Assembly: GCA_964016885.1 (NCBI GenBank)
Contig: OZ024754.1
Span: 38,502,001 to 38,566,000 of the forward strand
Direction: 5' to 3'
Length of the DNA: 64,000 nt
Source: Eledone cirrhosa
Taxonomy: Eukaryota
In this document: piece after piece, positions 1 to 12,784 of the stretch
Layout: every line of letters starts with the position of its first letter
Numbering within the stretch: the first letter of the stretch is position 1
Made by a program: the position numbers and the translations under genes
Notes under the pieces: model-generated
Database searches by the model: none
What the model was told of the DNA's origin: nothing
The model's input: the letters and a program-made list of their open reading frames with translations, nothing else

Positions 1-1272
1 GGCTGTGATGGTGATGGTTGTGATGATGGTAATAGTGATGGTTGTGGTAATGGAAATGATGGTAGTGATGGTGACAATGATGGTGATGATAATAGTGATG
101 ATAATAGTGATGATAATAGTGATGGTGATGGTTGTGGTGATGGTAATGCCGGTGGTGATGGCAGTGATGGTGGTGATGGTAATGTTGGTGGTGATGGCAG
201 TGATGGTGGTGATGGTGATGGTGCTGGTAATGTTGGTGGTGATGGTGCTGGTTGTGGTGATGGTAATGGTGATGGTGCTGGTTGTGGTGATGGTAATGTT
301 GGTGGTGATGGTGATGGTTGTGGTGATGGTAATGTTGATGGTGATGGTTGTAGTGATGGTAATGTTGGTGGTGATGGCAGTGATGATGGTGATGTTTGTG
401 GTGAGGGTAGTGTTGGTAATGATGATGGTGATGGTAATGTTGGTGGTGATGGCAGTGATGGTGGTGATGGTGATGGTGATGGTGCTGGTTGTGGTGATGG
501 TAATGTTGGTGGTGATGGTGATGGTTGTGGTGATGGTAATGTTGGTGGTGATGGTTCTAGTGATGGTAATGTTGATGGTGATGGTTGTAGTGATGGTAAT
601 GTTGGTGGTGATGGTAATGGTGATGGTGATGGTTGTAGTGATGGTGATGGTAATGGTAATGTTGGTGGTGATGGTAATGTTGATGGTGATGGTGATGGTA
701 ATGGTGATGGTGATGGTAATGTTGGTGGTGATGGTAATGTTGATGGTGATGGTAATGTTGGTGGTGATGGTAATGTTGATGGTGATGGTAATGTTGGTGG
801 TGATGGTAATGTTGATGGTGATGGTTGTAGTGATGGTAATGTTGGTGGTGATGGTAATGTTGATGGTGATGTTGGTGGTAATGTTGGTGGTGATGGTAAT
901 GTTGGTGGTGATGGTAATGTTGGTGGTAATGATGATGGTAATAGTGATGGTGATGGTGATGTTGATGGTTGTGGTGATGGTAATGGTGATGGTTGTAGTG
1001 ATGGTAATGTTGGTGGTGATGGTAATGGTGATGGTGATGGTTGTAGTGATGGTAATGTTGATGGTGATGGTTGTAGTGATGGTAATGTTGGTGGTAATGA
1101 TGATGGTAATAGTGATGGTGATGGTGATGGTTGTGGTGATGGCAGTGGTGATGGTAATGATGATGGTAATAGTGATGATGATGGTAATAGTGATGGCAGT
1201 GATGGTGATGGTAATGGTAATAGTGATGATGATGGTAATAGTGATGGCAGCGATGATGGTGATGATGGTGAT
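1..1272. repeat. (GGT/GAT/AAT) trinucleotide-based low-complexity tract
   Basis: Direct inspection. The 432-aa Met/Val ORF is an artefact of the repeat. Confidence 0.95.
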
Positions 1273-1998
1273 GTCGTTAGTTTGTAGCTTTCTAAGAGAT
1301 TAAGATGGAAGATTAGATTTAACCCTTTCATTTACTACAATTGGAATACTTTGTAATGGCTACTTCCATTAAATCTATTCTAATGTCAAGCAAATGCTGG
1401 AACCTCTACCCAGTTACATAACCTGCTAGAAATAGTACTCAAATCACACTTAAATTGCATCCTGCAACCTAAATAAAAAACTAAAAAAAACTCATATTAG
1501 ATCATGTAATCTTTGATGTACTTCTTCTTTTTCTTCTTCTTCTTCCTCTTCTTCTGCTTCTTCCTCTTCTTCTGCTTCTTCTTCTTCTTTGCTTCTTTGC
1601 TTCCTCCTCCTGTATCCATTTATTCCTGGGAGGGTCTAGGGGTCAGAGCCCTCAGACACACCATTCAGAGGGTCCTATATTGGAAGCAGCCATCTCTAAA
1701 TGATCCAGCAGGATCTCCAAGCAAGACTAACCAAGGATATGGATGTTATCTTGTTTGAGGTGCCCGCCGACCCCTTGAATACACATATGATAGTCTTACA
1801 TGTTAATTAGTACAAAATGTAGGGGGATAAATTTTCTATTTCAAATTTTCCTTAATTCCATTTTTACTTTTGGTAAATTCCCTTTTTCCCATTTTCGCTT
1901 TTCATGAATTCCATATTTTCTATTTTATTGTATTTCATGATTAATTGAAGTAAATTGTGGTATGTATATATATATATATATGAGAGAGAGGGAGAGAG

Positions 1999-2195
1999 AG
2001 AAATGGCTTCTACAGAACTAGAACTGTTTCATTTAAAAGAAATCATCAGGAAAGCTTTCCTCGTGATTTCTTTTGAATGAAACAGTTCTAGTCCTGTAGA
2101 AGCCATTTCTATATTAAACTTGATGTTTACACTCTACTAAAGTATTGAGTACCTTATTAACTGTGGTTAGCATTGATTGAATCTGGGACTTGCAT
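1999..2195 (+). mobile_element. Small palindrome-headed repeat element (probably Penelope-like, non-autonomous)
   Basis: Inverted repeat 1999-2110 centred on GAAAGCTTTC, followed by a body ending GAGTACCTTA..CTGTGGTTA..GATTGAA..GGGA. The same family recurs at 56782-56966 (-), 48215-48260 and 36905-36975. All copies abut dinucleotide microsatellites. Confidence 0.6.
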
Positions 2196-4055
2196 ACACA
2201 TATATATATATAGATATATATATTATTAAAACAGAGAAAACAAAAATAAAATCCAAACTTTGATCACATGTAAAGAAATAGCAGACATCTTTTACAAAAA
2301 TATCAAAATCTTTTAAAATCCAAATCAAGAAACAAATATCATTCACCAAAATTGGTCTGCCGTGAGCCATAGAAAAGTAGATTGTAGGCCACAGGCTGCA
2401 TGTTTGAAACCCCTGGTCTTAGATACACTGCCTGAAGAAAGAAAAAAGGTAGGATTGTCACTACTGGAATTCCTTAGATCATATTATTGATCAGTTTTAA
2501 CTTTGGGCTAAAGAATAACACCTGTCTTTATTTATGACAGTAATAGGGTGTGCATAACAGTTATGTAAAGACATAAGGGTACACTGGCATAGAAACCTGA
2601 TTTTTTTTTTAGGTTTGATGCAACTTCTGCTAACATGCTATGAAGATGAAAGAGACCCATCCAGTGTTTGCTTATATAAGAGCAGCTAGGAGTGGGCGAA
2701 TTAGAACTCTGTTAACCCAGGAAACAGAGCATAAGAATTACTTGCACAGAAGCAGTGGCGCAGAGGATTGGCTAAATTTGAGAGATTTTAAGGATGGTAT
2801 TTACAGAAATTATTAAGTTCAACAACTGAAGTGACAGTACTCATTTTACATCACATTTAAATGATATTTAATATTAATAAATAATAAATTAATAAAAATA
2901 AATAAAGAAAACATCATCATTATTATTATTTTCATTATTAAATAAATAACAAAAATAGTAAATAAAAAAAATACTAAATAAAAAATAAAGAAATCATTAT
3001 TTTCATTATTATTATTATTATTATTATTATATTTACCTTGTTTTTTTTTGGTTAATGTTATGTTTTAATCTACTTTTTGTTTTTTTTAATCATGCTACTT
3101 GAAGATTTTGCTTGAATAAACCTTAATTTTTTCAAGAGGCAACTTGAAATTCTTTTTGCAATGCAATTAAACTTAATACAAACCAATTGTCTGGGTTCTC
3201 TGCCCCCTCTCTTTCCCCCTCTCTCTCTCTCGCTAATCTCTCACCCCCCTCTCTTTCCAATCTCTCCTTCCCCTCTCTCTTTTTGTCTTTGATATTTAAA
3301 ATCTGAGTGCCATTTAGAATAGTTGTTTCTACTTTTGGCACAAGGCCAGCAATTTTAAGGGGAAGGCAAAGTCGATTAAATCGACCCCAGTGCATTACTG
3401 GTGCTTTATTTTATTGAGCCTGTAAGGATGAAAGGCAAAGCTAACCTCGGCGGGATTTGAACTCAGAATACAAAGGGGCGTAATTATATGCCACAAAGCA
3501 TGTGTCCAACGCTGTAACAACACTGCTAAGGTACAAAGCCAGTAATTTTGAGGGAGGGGAAAGTCAATTAAATCAAACCTGTATTTAACAGGTGCTTTAT
3601 TTTATCAACTCCAGAAGGACGAAAGTTGTCCTCAGCGGTATTTGAAATCAGATGTATGTGTGTGTGTTTGCACTTCTCTTGTCTGTGTATTTGTTTATGT
3701 ATTTATGTGTAGATGTGTGTGTTACTGTATGAGCAAATGGCCCCAAAATACACCAAGATATTTCATATTTTGTATTTCATATTTTGTATTTTATATTTTG
3801 TATTTTATTATATATATTCTTTACTTTACTTGTATATTTCATCATCCTTTTTACATCTGGTTTTTCCATGCTTGCTTGTGTTTATATATAATATACCATC
3901 ATCATTATTTAACATCCGTTTTCCCTCCTAGCAAGGGTTGGACAGGTTGTCACAGACCAAGCCTGTATTTACAGCCACTCATCTCTTAGATGAGTGAGGG
4001 TGGAGATTATCTTGTGTTCCCATACTGTGTATGTATATATATATATATATACTTA

Positions 4056-4108
<53 letters not shown>

Positions 4109-5181
4109 ACACACCACACACCACACACCACACACCACACACCACACACACACACACGCTATTTCAATAATATTTTTGTAAGGAAAACCTAAAAAATGTT
4201 TTCCTCATTAGCAATCTTGAAAAACTTTCATCAATAAATCATCAAGTACTGCTCCATTAGACCGATAACCATCCATATCATGTGGAGGCATGTGGATTAG
4301 TGGTTAGGGTGTTCAGTTCACAATCTTAATGCTGTGAGATCGATTCCTGGTCATGTTTTGTGTCCTTGAGCAAGACAGTTTATTTCATATTGCTCCAGTC
4401 CACCCAGCTGGCAAAAATCAGATATACCTGTAATTCAATGAACCAGCCTTATCACAGACCGTGTCATGATGATGCCAAATACTCTCAAAGGTGTCTGTGA
4501 CTGTAGAATGCTCAGCCACTTGCATGTTAATTTCATGAGTAGACAGTTGTTCAAACAACTGGAACACTCATCGTCGGATCTGACAGAGATCCCACAATAA
4601 AAACAATCCATATATTCTTCTTGCTCAAACCTCTGAATCGATTCTTCAACTATTTTCAGGTCTTGAATAATCGTCCACCCCCTAATTGTTAATTTTTCAG
4701 ATTTTTTACACCCTCCCATCCAGCTTTTATCCCCCACCCCCTCTCACACTTCTTAAATTTTGCTAATCTATCTCCAGCTAAATTTTATTGCAAGTGATCC
4801 ATATTGATACAGCAACTGGAGAATTTAATAATTATTTTATTTTACATTAAAAAATATTATATATGACAAAGAACATTACAAGAAATCCCATATTTATGAA
4901 TGTACACTATACAATTACCAATTCCCACCCCTGTTTACTCCACCCCCACCCCCCGTTTACTCCACCCCCAACTCTCGTTTACTCCACCCCCAACTCCCGT
5001 TTACTCCTCCTTCCATTTATCCCCCCTTCCTTTGTTATTTGGGACCCAAGAGTAGTTTTTCATTCTCAATACAATCCAGTCCATACCACACCCATTGAAA
5101 GTCTTTCCTTCCTCTAATATCAGTTTTTTTTGTTTATTGATACCAGCCATGAATGCCACAACTTTCTCATATGTATTTTAA

Positions 5182-5391
5182 CCCTTTAGCATTCACATTA
5201 CTCTATATTCACTATTGTATTTTCGTAGTAAAGGTTTTATCTGACATATTACCTCACATAATGAGATTTTGATATTATTTATTTTGAGAACAATACCTTA
5301 ACATCAGTATGAGTGGCTAGTTAGGTCCAATTTGAACAGAAAGAGGTGAGAAAATTCTGGCCTGAATATGGGCAGTTTAAATGCTGAAGGG
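5182..5391 (+). mobile_element. piggyBac-type MITE (about 210-220 bp), representative copy
   Basis: TTAA|CCCTTTAGCATT ... AATGCT(A/G)AAGGG|TTAA. Other copies at 20490-20705, 30330-30556, 30655-31093, 31431-31641 (-) and 39781-40001 (-), with partial copies at 19630-19845, 20190-20343 and 50838-50878. Confidence 0.85.
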
Positions 5392-5720
5392 TTAAAAGAC
5401 TTTTTGAACAAAACATTCCGTGGTTATAGCAACTGTTTTTTTTATTTATTTTTTTTTTAGTTATTTGTTTCTTTTAGTACTATTACTACTACTAGTATTG
5501 CTTTTGGTACTATTAGTACTTATTGTGAAGGTTTTATGTAAAAATATTAAGTGTGGTGACATTATGCAGCTGGCATTTTAGTTTCACAGTTGTTGTTATT
5601 TTAGTTCATCAGAACCAAGTAGCCTCTCAGCTATTATTGGCTATTTAAAGAGAATAATTTAAATCCCTGTCAGCTAACATTACACACGGTATTGAATGGC
5701 TACTTTTGGAACCTAAGATG

Positions 5721-5755
<35 letters not shown>

Positions 5756-6176
5756 TCATCTTCATCATTGTGTGGTTTTAATGTCCGCTTTCGCCATTAG
5801 CAAAGGTTGGACAGGTATAAATACCATGTGTTTTATATTTAAGTTTTCTAAGGTCAATACATAAGTCATATGTCCGTCTTTACATTGTCCGTTTTTTTCA
5901 TGGGAATGGTGCAACCTATACACCCAAATTTATACTGTGTATGCACGTGTGTGTGTATGCATGTGTGTGTGTGTTTATATGTGTGTGTCTGTGTGAAATT
6001 GTATGTGTGCAAGTATGTTCTATGTCAGGATGTGTATATGTATACCTGCATAGACAATACATCTAAAGAGATATGATAAAGTTAAAAGGAAGGTGTTACA
6101 AAATATGTCTATTTTCATTGATATTTATTCTCTTGTCTATTTTCATTGATATTTATTCTCTTGTCTATTTTTCTAG

Positions 6177-6264
6177 GCTCTGCAGTTTGACATTAACCAG
6201 GTTGGTTGTCCAGAAACCTTTGGAAAATGATCTCACCTCCATAATCATTGCTGTCAAAATGCAG
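6177..6264 (+). CDS. PACS: PACS1/PACS2-family homologue, internal coding exon A (start of furin/cargo-binding region)
   Basis: ttctag|G acceptor and CAG|gtaaac donor. Translates (R)LCSLTLTRLVVQKPLENDLTSIIIAVKMQ, recalled to match human PACS1 [30 protein letters not shown]. Phase 2 start, phase 0 end. Confidence 0.93.
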
Positions 6265-7300
6265 GTAAACGACTCTCACATATTTATTGTTGTTTTGGGT
6301 GAAATCAATGAAGCAATCTCTGTCTCATCATCCTCACATTGATTTTTCCATGTTGGTCTAGATTGGACAGGACCTTTTGAAGCAATGTTTTATAACTAGA
6401 TGTCCTTCCTGACACCAACCCTTTTAAACACTTCTTATGACATGCAGGGATACAGTGTACCCATTCTAAACTGGATGCACACTGTACCAGTCCAGGGTAG
6501 CAGATTAACAAAATTGTTAGAGTGTTTGTTTTGAGTTCAAATCTCTTTGAGGCCTACTTGGGTGGTAAACTTAATTCATTCACCTGGTTTAACACCACCA
6601 CCTGGCCTTTGGGTGCCTGTTGTAAACATTTGACCCAGGTCTCCAATTTAAGGATACCTTCCACCCTCCCATCTGTGTGAGGGACCCAGTAAAGGGCCAA
6701 AGCTACTGCTCTTCCTTTTCCAGCTAAATGGTAACAAAACAATGTTGATTGACCTGCTAGACATAAGTCAAATCTCTCTCAAATTGCATGTTACTGTCTT
6801 ACAAAAGGAAGGACACATGTAGTCTTGGATATATAAAATAAATGGAATGACCATGGCTGGAATGTCTGCTTGATCAGTCTGCTTTATACCTGTCATTGTA
6901 AATGTGGTTGGCATTAGGAAGGGCATCCAGCCGTAGAAACCAAGCCAAAATCGGTCCTGTATGAGCTAGACACGTCATCTGATCTGGCTTGTCTCACATC
7001 TGGACAACACATCTAACCCATGCTAGCATGGAAAAATGGATGTTAAATGGTGGTGATGATGATGGTATTATTTCTTCTGTATGTATCATTGAAATTTTCT
7101 TTACTTCTTGCATTTAAATATTACACGACTCTCTACCACTTTTCCTCTACTACAATCTTCTTACACCACCACCTTCTTCTCACCTGTCTATTTTTCACTC
7201 CCACCCTAGTACCTTCAATATGCCCAATCTCAAATCTTTTAAGACATTTTTTCCAATTTCATCCCACCCATCCCCTCAATCTATCTTATTTGTCATTCTT

Positions 7301-7336
7301 TCTTCTGATGAAGGACTAGCGTTTGAAACGTTAAGA
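7301..7336 (+). ncRNA. Minimal type I hammerhead ribozyme motif
   Basis: TCTT-CTGATGA-A-GGAC-TAGC-GTTT-GAA-ACGT-T-AAGA. An inverted, mutated second copy (CTAATGA) lies at about 8047-8082. Confidence 0.55.
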
Positions 7337-7421
7337 CCCTTCCTGCTATATCAAGCGTTAAACTAAAATATCCCTTCCATATACTGTACCGATTGTGTTG
7401 TTATTTCTGTTTACCTTTTAC

Positions 7422-7452
<31 letters not shown>

Positions 7453-7797
7453 AAATGCTAGTTTGTTTCTCAATTATATATTGTTTATACTTATATTATA
7501 TACATTTATGTTGTGTGGTTCACCAGTGGGTAGAACTGGTCATTCCGTTTAACTAATCAGGATGTAATAGTAAGAAAAGCACTCTACGTTATGCAACTCA
7601 TCCATCGAAGATGTTGAATCTCGTGGGTGGTGCAGAAACAGAGTTAAATGTTTATTTAATTAAAACAACAGAAAGCCAGAGATGGGCTGCTGCAACAATA
7701 ACAGCGAATTTGTGGGCCATCTCCAAATCAAATATATTCTCTATTCTCTGTTTGTGTTTGCTTTAATTCCTTTTATTGATTAACTAATTATGTAATC

Positions 7798-7852
7798 CGC
7801 ACCTGATGATGTCACCAGGCTTTTACGTAGGGCCATTGAAATATATTTTGTG
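7798..7852 (+). ncRNA. Degenerate hammerhead-like motif
   Basis: CGCAC-CTGATGA-...-GAA-ATATAT-T-TTGTG. Palindromic stem III, imperfect stems I and II. Lies between about 28-bp inverted repeats at about 7648-7675 and 7895-7923. Confidence 0.3.
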
Positions 7853-8201
7853 TTTTTTACAACATTAAATCTTTAAAGGGATATTTTCAGTCCAGTTTTC
7901 TGTTGTTTTAATTAAATAAATATGTGTATGTATGTATGTATGTATGTATGCATGCATGCATGCATGCAAAAGGCAAACAGAAATAACAAAGCAAACATAG
8001 TATAATGAAGAAAAATATTAGTTTTACGCTTGATATAGTAGGAAATAGTCTTAACGTTTCAGATGCTAGTCCTTCATTAGGAAATAGAATTAGAAATTAA
8101 AGAAGAATTAGAAAAATAGAGGCGAGAATAGAATGGTGAGATGGAGATGGTGAGAAGGAAGAAGTCAGAAGAGAATAGTGGTGGTGTGTCGTGGTATATT
8201 G

Positions 8202-8242
<41 letters not shown>

Positions 8243-8249
8243 TATATGC

Positions 8250-8875
8250 AGGAGGGCGCTATAGCTTCCGGTACCTAGGAGATCAGATTAGCATGGGAGG
8301 AGGGTGTTCTGAGGCCATAGTATCTAGAATAAGGACGGGTTGGAAGAAGTTTAGGGAGCTGCTTCCTCTGTTGACGAAGAAGGGTTTCTCCCTGCGTATG
8401 AAAGGCCGGTTGTATGATGCCCGTGTGAGGAGCGCGATGCTGCATGGTAGTGAGACATGGGCAGTAACTGCAGAGGACATGCAACGGCTGGAGAGAAATG
8501 AGGCAAGCATGCTCCGTTGGATGTGCAGTGTAAATGTGCGTGAACGACCCAGCATAAATGTGTTGAGAGAGAAGCTGTGTCTGAGAGGGATAGAATGTAG
8601 TGTACGGGAGAGGAGACTGAGGTGGTATGGACATGTGATGCGCATGGAGGATGACCGATGGGTGAAGAAGTGCCAGGAAATGCCAGTTGAAGGAAGACGT
8701 GGTAGAGGTAGACCACGAAAAACATGGGCGGAGGTGGTGAGAACAGACCTCAGATCATTGAAGCTCACGGTGGAGATGACGAGGGACCTTGACGAGTGGA
8801 GAGATGCTGTGCTGAATAAGACCCGTCCCACCCTTGCAAGCAGGGAAAAGCGGACGTAAAATGATGATGATGATA
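8250..8875 (+). mobile_element. 5'-truncated RTE-clade LINE 3' end (RT C-terminus, 3' tail, (TGA)n)
   Basis: Open frame FRYLGD..RIRTGWKKFREL..KGRLY..VRSAMLHGSETW..RRLRWYGHVMR..GRGRPRKTW, typical of RTE. Ends CCCTTGCAAGCAGGGAAAAGCGGACGTAAAA(TGA)n. Inserted in (TA)n. Confidence 0.9.
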
Positions 8876-9779
8876 TATATATATACACAGAGAAATAATT
8901 GTTTCTACTTTAGGCACAAGGTCAGCAAATTACCCAGTGCATTACTGGTACTTTATTTTATCGACCCCCGTAAGGATGAAAGGCAAAGTAAACCTTGGCG
9001 GGATTTGAACTCAGACCATAAAGGGACGTAACTATGCTGGAAAGCATGGCGTCCGACTCTCTACCGATACTGCCAATCCAAATGGTGGAAAAGTGGTGGT
9101 GTGTCGTGGTATATTGATGTAAATATATATATATATATACACATGGACACCCAGAAAAACAGTGCCTAATTGCTTTTGATGTTTCCGTTTTTAGATGAAA
9201 TATTGACAGGTCTTTCAACAAGCTAAACAAATGCATGCGTATTTTTTTAGAGGGGTGGTGAGGCAGAGAGAGACGAGATCCGTCACTTATAATAGACACT
9301 GATAGATGTGAATTTCTACCAGAAATTATCATTGTTTTTCTCTTTCCTTCTTCAGTTGGATTGGCAGTATCGGTAGAGGGTCGGACGCCATGCTTTCACG
9401 CATAGAGTTACCGCCCTTGCCATTCTCAGTTCAAATCCCACCGAGGTTAACTTTGCCTTTCATCCTTACGGGGTCGATAAAATAAAGTACCAGTAATGCA
9501 CTGGGTAATTGCTGGCCTTGTGCCTAAAGTAGAAACAATTATTATTATTATTTACAAATGAAAAATAAATGGTTTATATCTAATTAGGAGATATCACAAA
9601 TATGTATCAATAAACCTAAAACAAAATGTTAAAATGATGCAGCTGCACCAAATCTAAAATTTGTGTGTTAAGTGCTTTTAAATTGCATCAAATTTAGTGC
9701 ATTTTGCACAAAATTGGCAAACATTGAATGTGTGTGTGTGTGTATGCATTGTAACATGCTAGGTGTAAAGTATAAAGTT

Positions 9780-10290
9780 GCAATGTGGTGTGTAGAGATG
9801 TGGAATGATAGAAATGATGTGTGTGGAAATGTGAAATGTGTAGAAATGATGTGTGGAAATGTGAAATGTGTAGAAATGTGAAGTATATAGAAATTTGGAA
9901 TATATAGGAATGTGAACTGAATAAATTGTGGTGTATAGAGATGTGAAATATATAAAATGTGATGTATTGAGATGTGAAATGTATAAAATGTGGTGTATAG
10001 AGATGTGAAATGTATAAAATGTGGCGAGTAGAGCTGTGAAATATGGTGTGTAGTGATGTGAAATATGGTGTGTAGGGATGTGGAATGTGGCGTGTAGGGA
10101 TGTGAAATGTGGTGTGTAGGGATGTGAAATGTGGTGTGTATGGATGTGAAATGTGATGTTTAAAGATGTGAAATGTGGTGTGTAGTGATGTGAAATGTGG
10201 TGTGTAGGGATGTGAAATGTGGTGTGTAGTGATGTGAAATGTGTGTAGTGATGTGAAATGTGTGTAGTGATGTGAAATATGTAGAAATGT
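9780..10290. repeat. Degenerate about 21-bp tandem repeat (GATGTGAAATGTGGTGTGTAG)
   Basis: Direct inspection. Confidence 0.85.
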
Positions 10291-10396
10291 GGACTATACA
10301 GATACAACAAACAAAACTTTAATGCTTGGTCATGTGCTATCAAGGATCTACAAAGAGACAAAGGAAGGCCTCCCTTGAATGGAAGTTAGAAAGAGG

Positions 10397-11090
10397 GTGT
10401 AGGAAATATGACAGACATGTGAAGACCTGGTTGAGGTCTGTGGAAGAAGACCTGGTGGATATGGGCCTGAAACTAGAAAGACTGTGTAGGGAACATGACA
10501 GACCTGTGAAAACATGGTTGAGGTCTGTGGAAGAAGACCTGGTGCACATGGGCCTGAAACTAGAAAGACTGTGTAGGGAACATGACAGACCTGTGAAAAC
10601 ATGGTTGAGGTCTGTGGAAGAAGACCTGGTTGAGGTCTGTGGAAGAAGACCTGGTGCACATGGGCCTGAAACTAGAAAGACTGTGTAGGGAACATGACAG
10701 ACCTGTGAAAACATGGTTGAGGTCTGTGGAAGAAGACCTGGTTGAGGTCTGTGGCAGAAGACCTGGTGGACATGGGCCTGAAACTAGAAAGACTGTGTAG
10801 GGAACATGACAGACCTGTGAAAACATGGTTGAGGTCTGTGGAAGAAGACCTGGTTGAGGTCTGTGGCAGAAGACCTGGTGCACATGGGCCTGAAACTAGA
10901 AAGACTGTGTAGGGAACATGACAGACCTGTGAAAACATGGTTGAGGTCTGTGGAAGAAGACCTGGTTGAGGTCTGTGGAAGAAGACCTGGTGCACATGGG
11001 CCTGAAACTAGAAAGACTGTGTAGGGAACATGACAGACCTGTGAAAACATGGTTGAGGTCTGTAGAGGAAGACTTGGTAGACATGGGCCT
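10397..11090 (+). repeat. 87/112-bp tandem repeat within an RTE-like LINE 3' fragment (about 10320-11150)
   Basis: The unit encodes HDRPVKTWLRSVEEDLVHMGLKLERLCRE. Flanks read LGHV..LEWKLE and MGLVWGQA..NCVEWGFLV. Confidence 0.85.
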
Positions 11091-11259
11091 GGTATGGGGT
11101 CAGGCCTGTGACAAGGTTTGCAACTGTGTAGAATGGGGATTTCTTGTCACCCAAGGTTCTATAGGGAGCTAAAGAAATTAAAGAAGAAAAAGGGTGTATA
11201 GCACTGAGTGAGTGTATAAACTATGGTGAGTCTATAAACAATGTAGTGAGTGTGTACAT

Positions 11260-12730
11260 CTGAAATATATAGTAGTGAAGTGAGTATATAGTAGTATATA
11301 GCAGTATATAGTAGTGAGGTGAGTGTAAAGTAGTATATAGCAGTGTTTAACAAAGTATATCAGTATATAAACAGTATAGTGAGTGTATAGCATTATATAG
11401 TAGCATAGTGAATGTAGTGAGTGTATATAGCAGTGAGGTGTGTTTATAGCAATGTATTGGATATATAGCAATATATAGCAGTGTGGTGAGTGTATATAGC
11501 AGTGAGGTGAGTGTATACCAGTGTGGTGAGTGTATAGCAATGTATTGGATATATAGCAGTGTAGTGAGTGTATATAGCAGTGAGGTGTGTGTATATAGCA
11601 GTGAGGTGAGTGTATAGTAATGTATTGGATATATAGCAATATATAGCAGTGTGGTGAGTGTATATAGCAGTGAGGTGAGTGTATAGCAATGTATTGGATA
11701 TATAGCAATATATAGCAGTGAGGTGAGTGTATATAACAGTGAGGTGTGTGTATAGCAATGTATTGGATATATAGCAGTGTAGTGAGTGTATATAGCAGTG
11801 TAGTGAGTGTATATAGCAGTGAGGTGAGTGTATATAGCAGTGAGGTGTGTGTATAGCAGTGTGGTGAGTGTATATAGCAGTATAGTGAGTGTATATAGCA
11901 GTGAGGTGTGTATAGCAATGTATTGGATATATAGCAATATATAGCAGTGTAGTGAGTGTATATAGCAGTGAGGTGAGTGTATAGCAATGTATTGGATATA
12001 TAGCAATATATAGCAGTGTAGTGAGTGTATATAGCAGTGAGGTGTGTGTATAGCAATGTATTGGATATATAGCAATATATAGCAGTGTAGTGAGTGTATA
12101 TAGCAGTGAGGTGTGTGTATAGCAATGTATTGAATATATAGCAATATATAGCAATGTAGTGAGTGTATATAGCAGTGTAGTGAGTGTATAGTAATGTATT
12201 GGATATATAGCAGTGTAGTGAGGTGAGTGTATAGTAATGTATTGGATATATAGCAGTGAGGTGAGTGTATATAGCAGTGAGGTGTGTGTATAATGTATTG
12301 GATATATAGCAATATATAGCAGTGAGGTGAGTGTATATAGCAGTGAGGTGTGTGTATAGCAATGTATTGGATATATAGCAATATATAGCAGTGAGGTGAG
12401 TGTATATAGCATGAGGTGTGTGTATAGCAATGTATTGGATATATAGCAATATATAGCAGTGTAGTGAGTGTATATAGCAGTGAGGTGTGTGTATAGCAAT
12501 GTATTGGATATATAGCAATATATAGCAGTGTAGTGAGTGTATATAGCAGTGAGGTGTGTGTATAGCAATGTAATTGGATATATAGCAATATAAAGCAGTA
12601 TAGTGAGTGTATATAGCAGTGAGGTGTGTGTATAGCAATGTATTGGGATATATAGCAGTGTAGTGAGTGTATATAGCAGTGAGGTGTGTGTATAGCAATG
12701 TATTGGATATATAGCAATATATAGCAGTCT
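11260..12730. repeat. Complex minisatellite (GTGAGTGTATATAGCAGT / AATGTATTGGATATATAGC modules)
   Basis: Direct inspection. Confidence 0.95.
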
Positions 12731-12784
12731 ATAAACAATGTAGTGAATGTCTAGATATGAAATATATAGCAATATAGTGTTTCT

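Noticed and set aside
5-1303. 432-aa Met/Val ORF
   Set aside because: Translation of a GGT/GAT trinucleotide tract with no protein-like complexity.
2600-2830. Possible extra exon after a poly-T AG acceptor
   Set aside because: Stops occur in all frames within about 80 bp and there is no PACS similarity. It could be a non-coding or poison exon, but nothing supports this.
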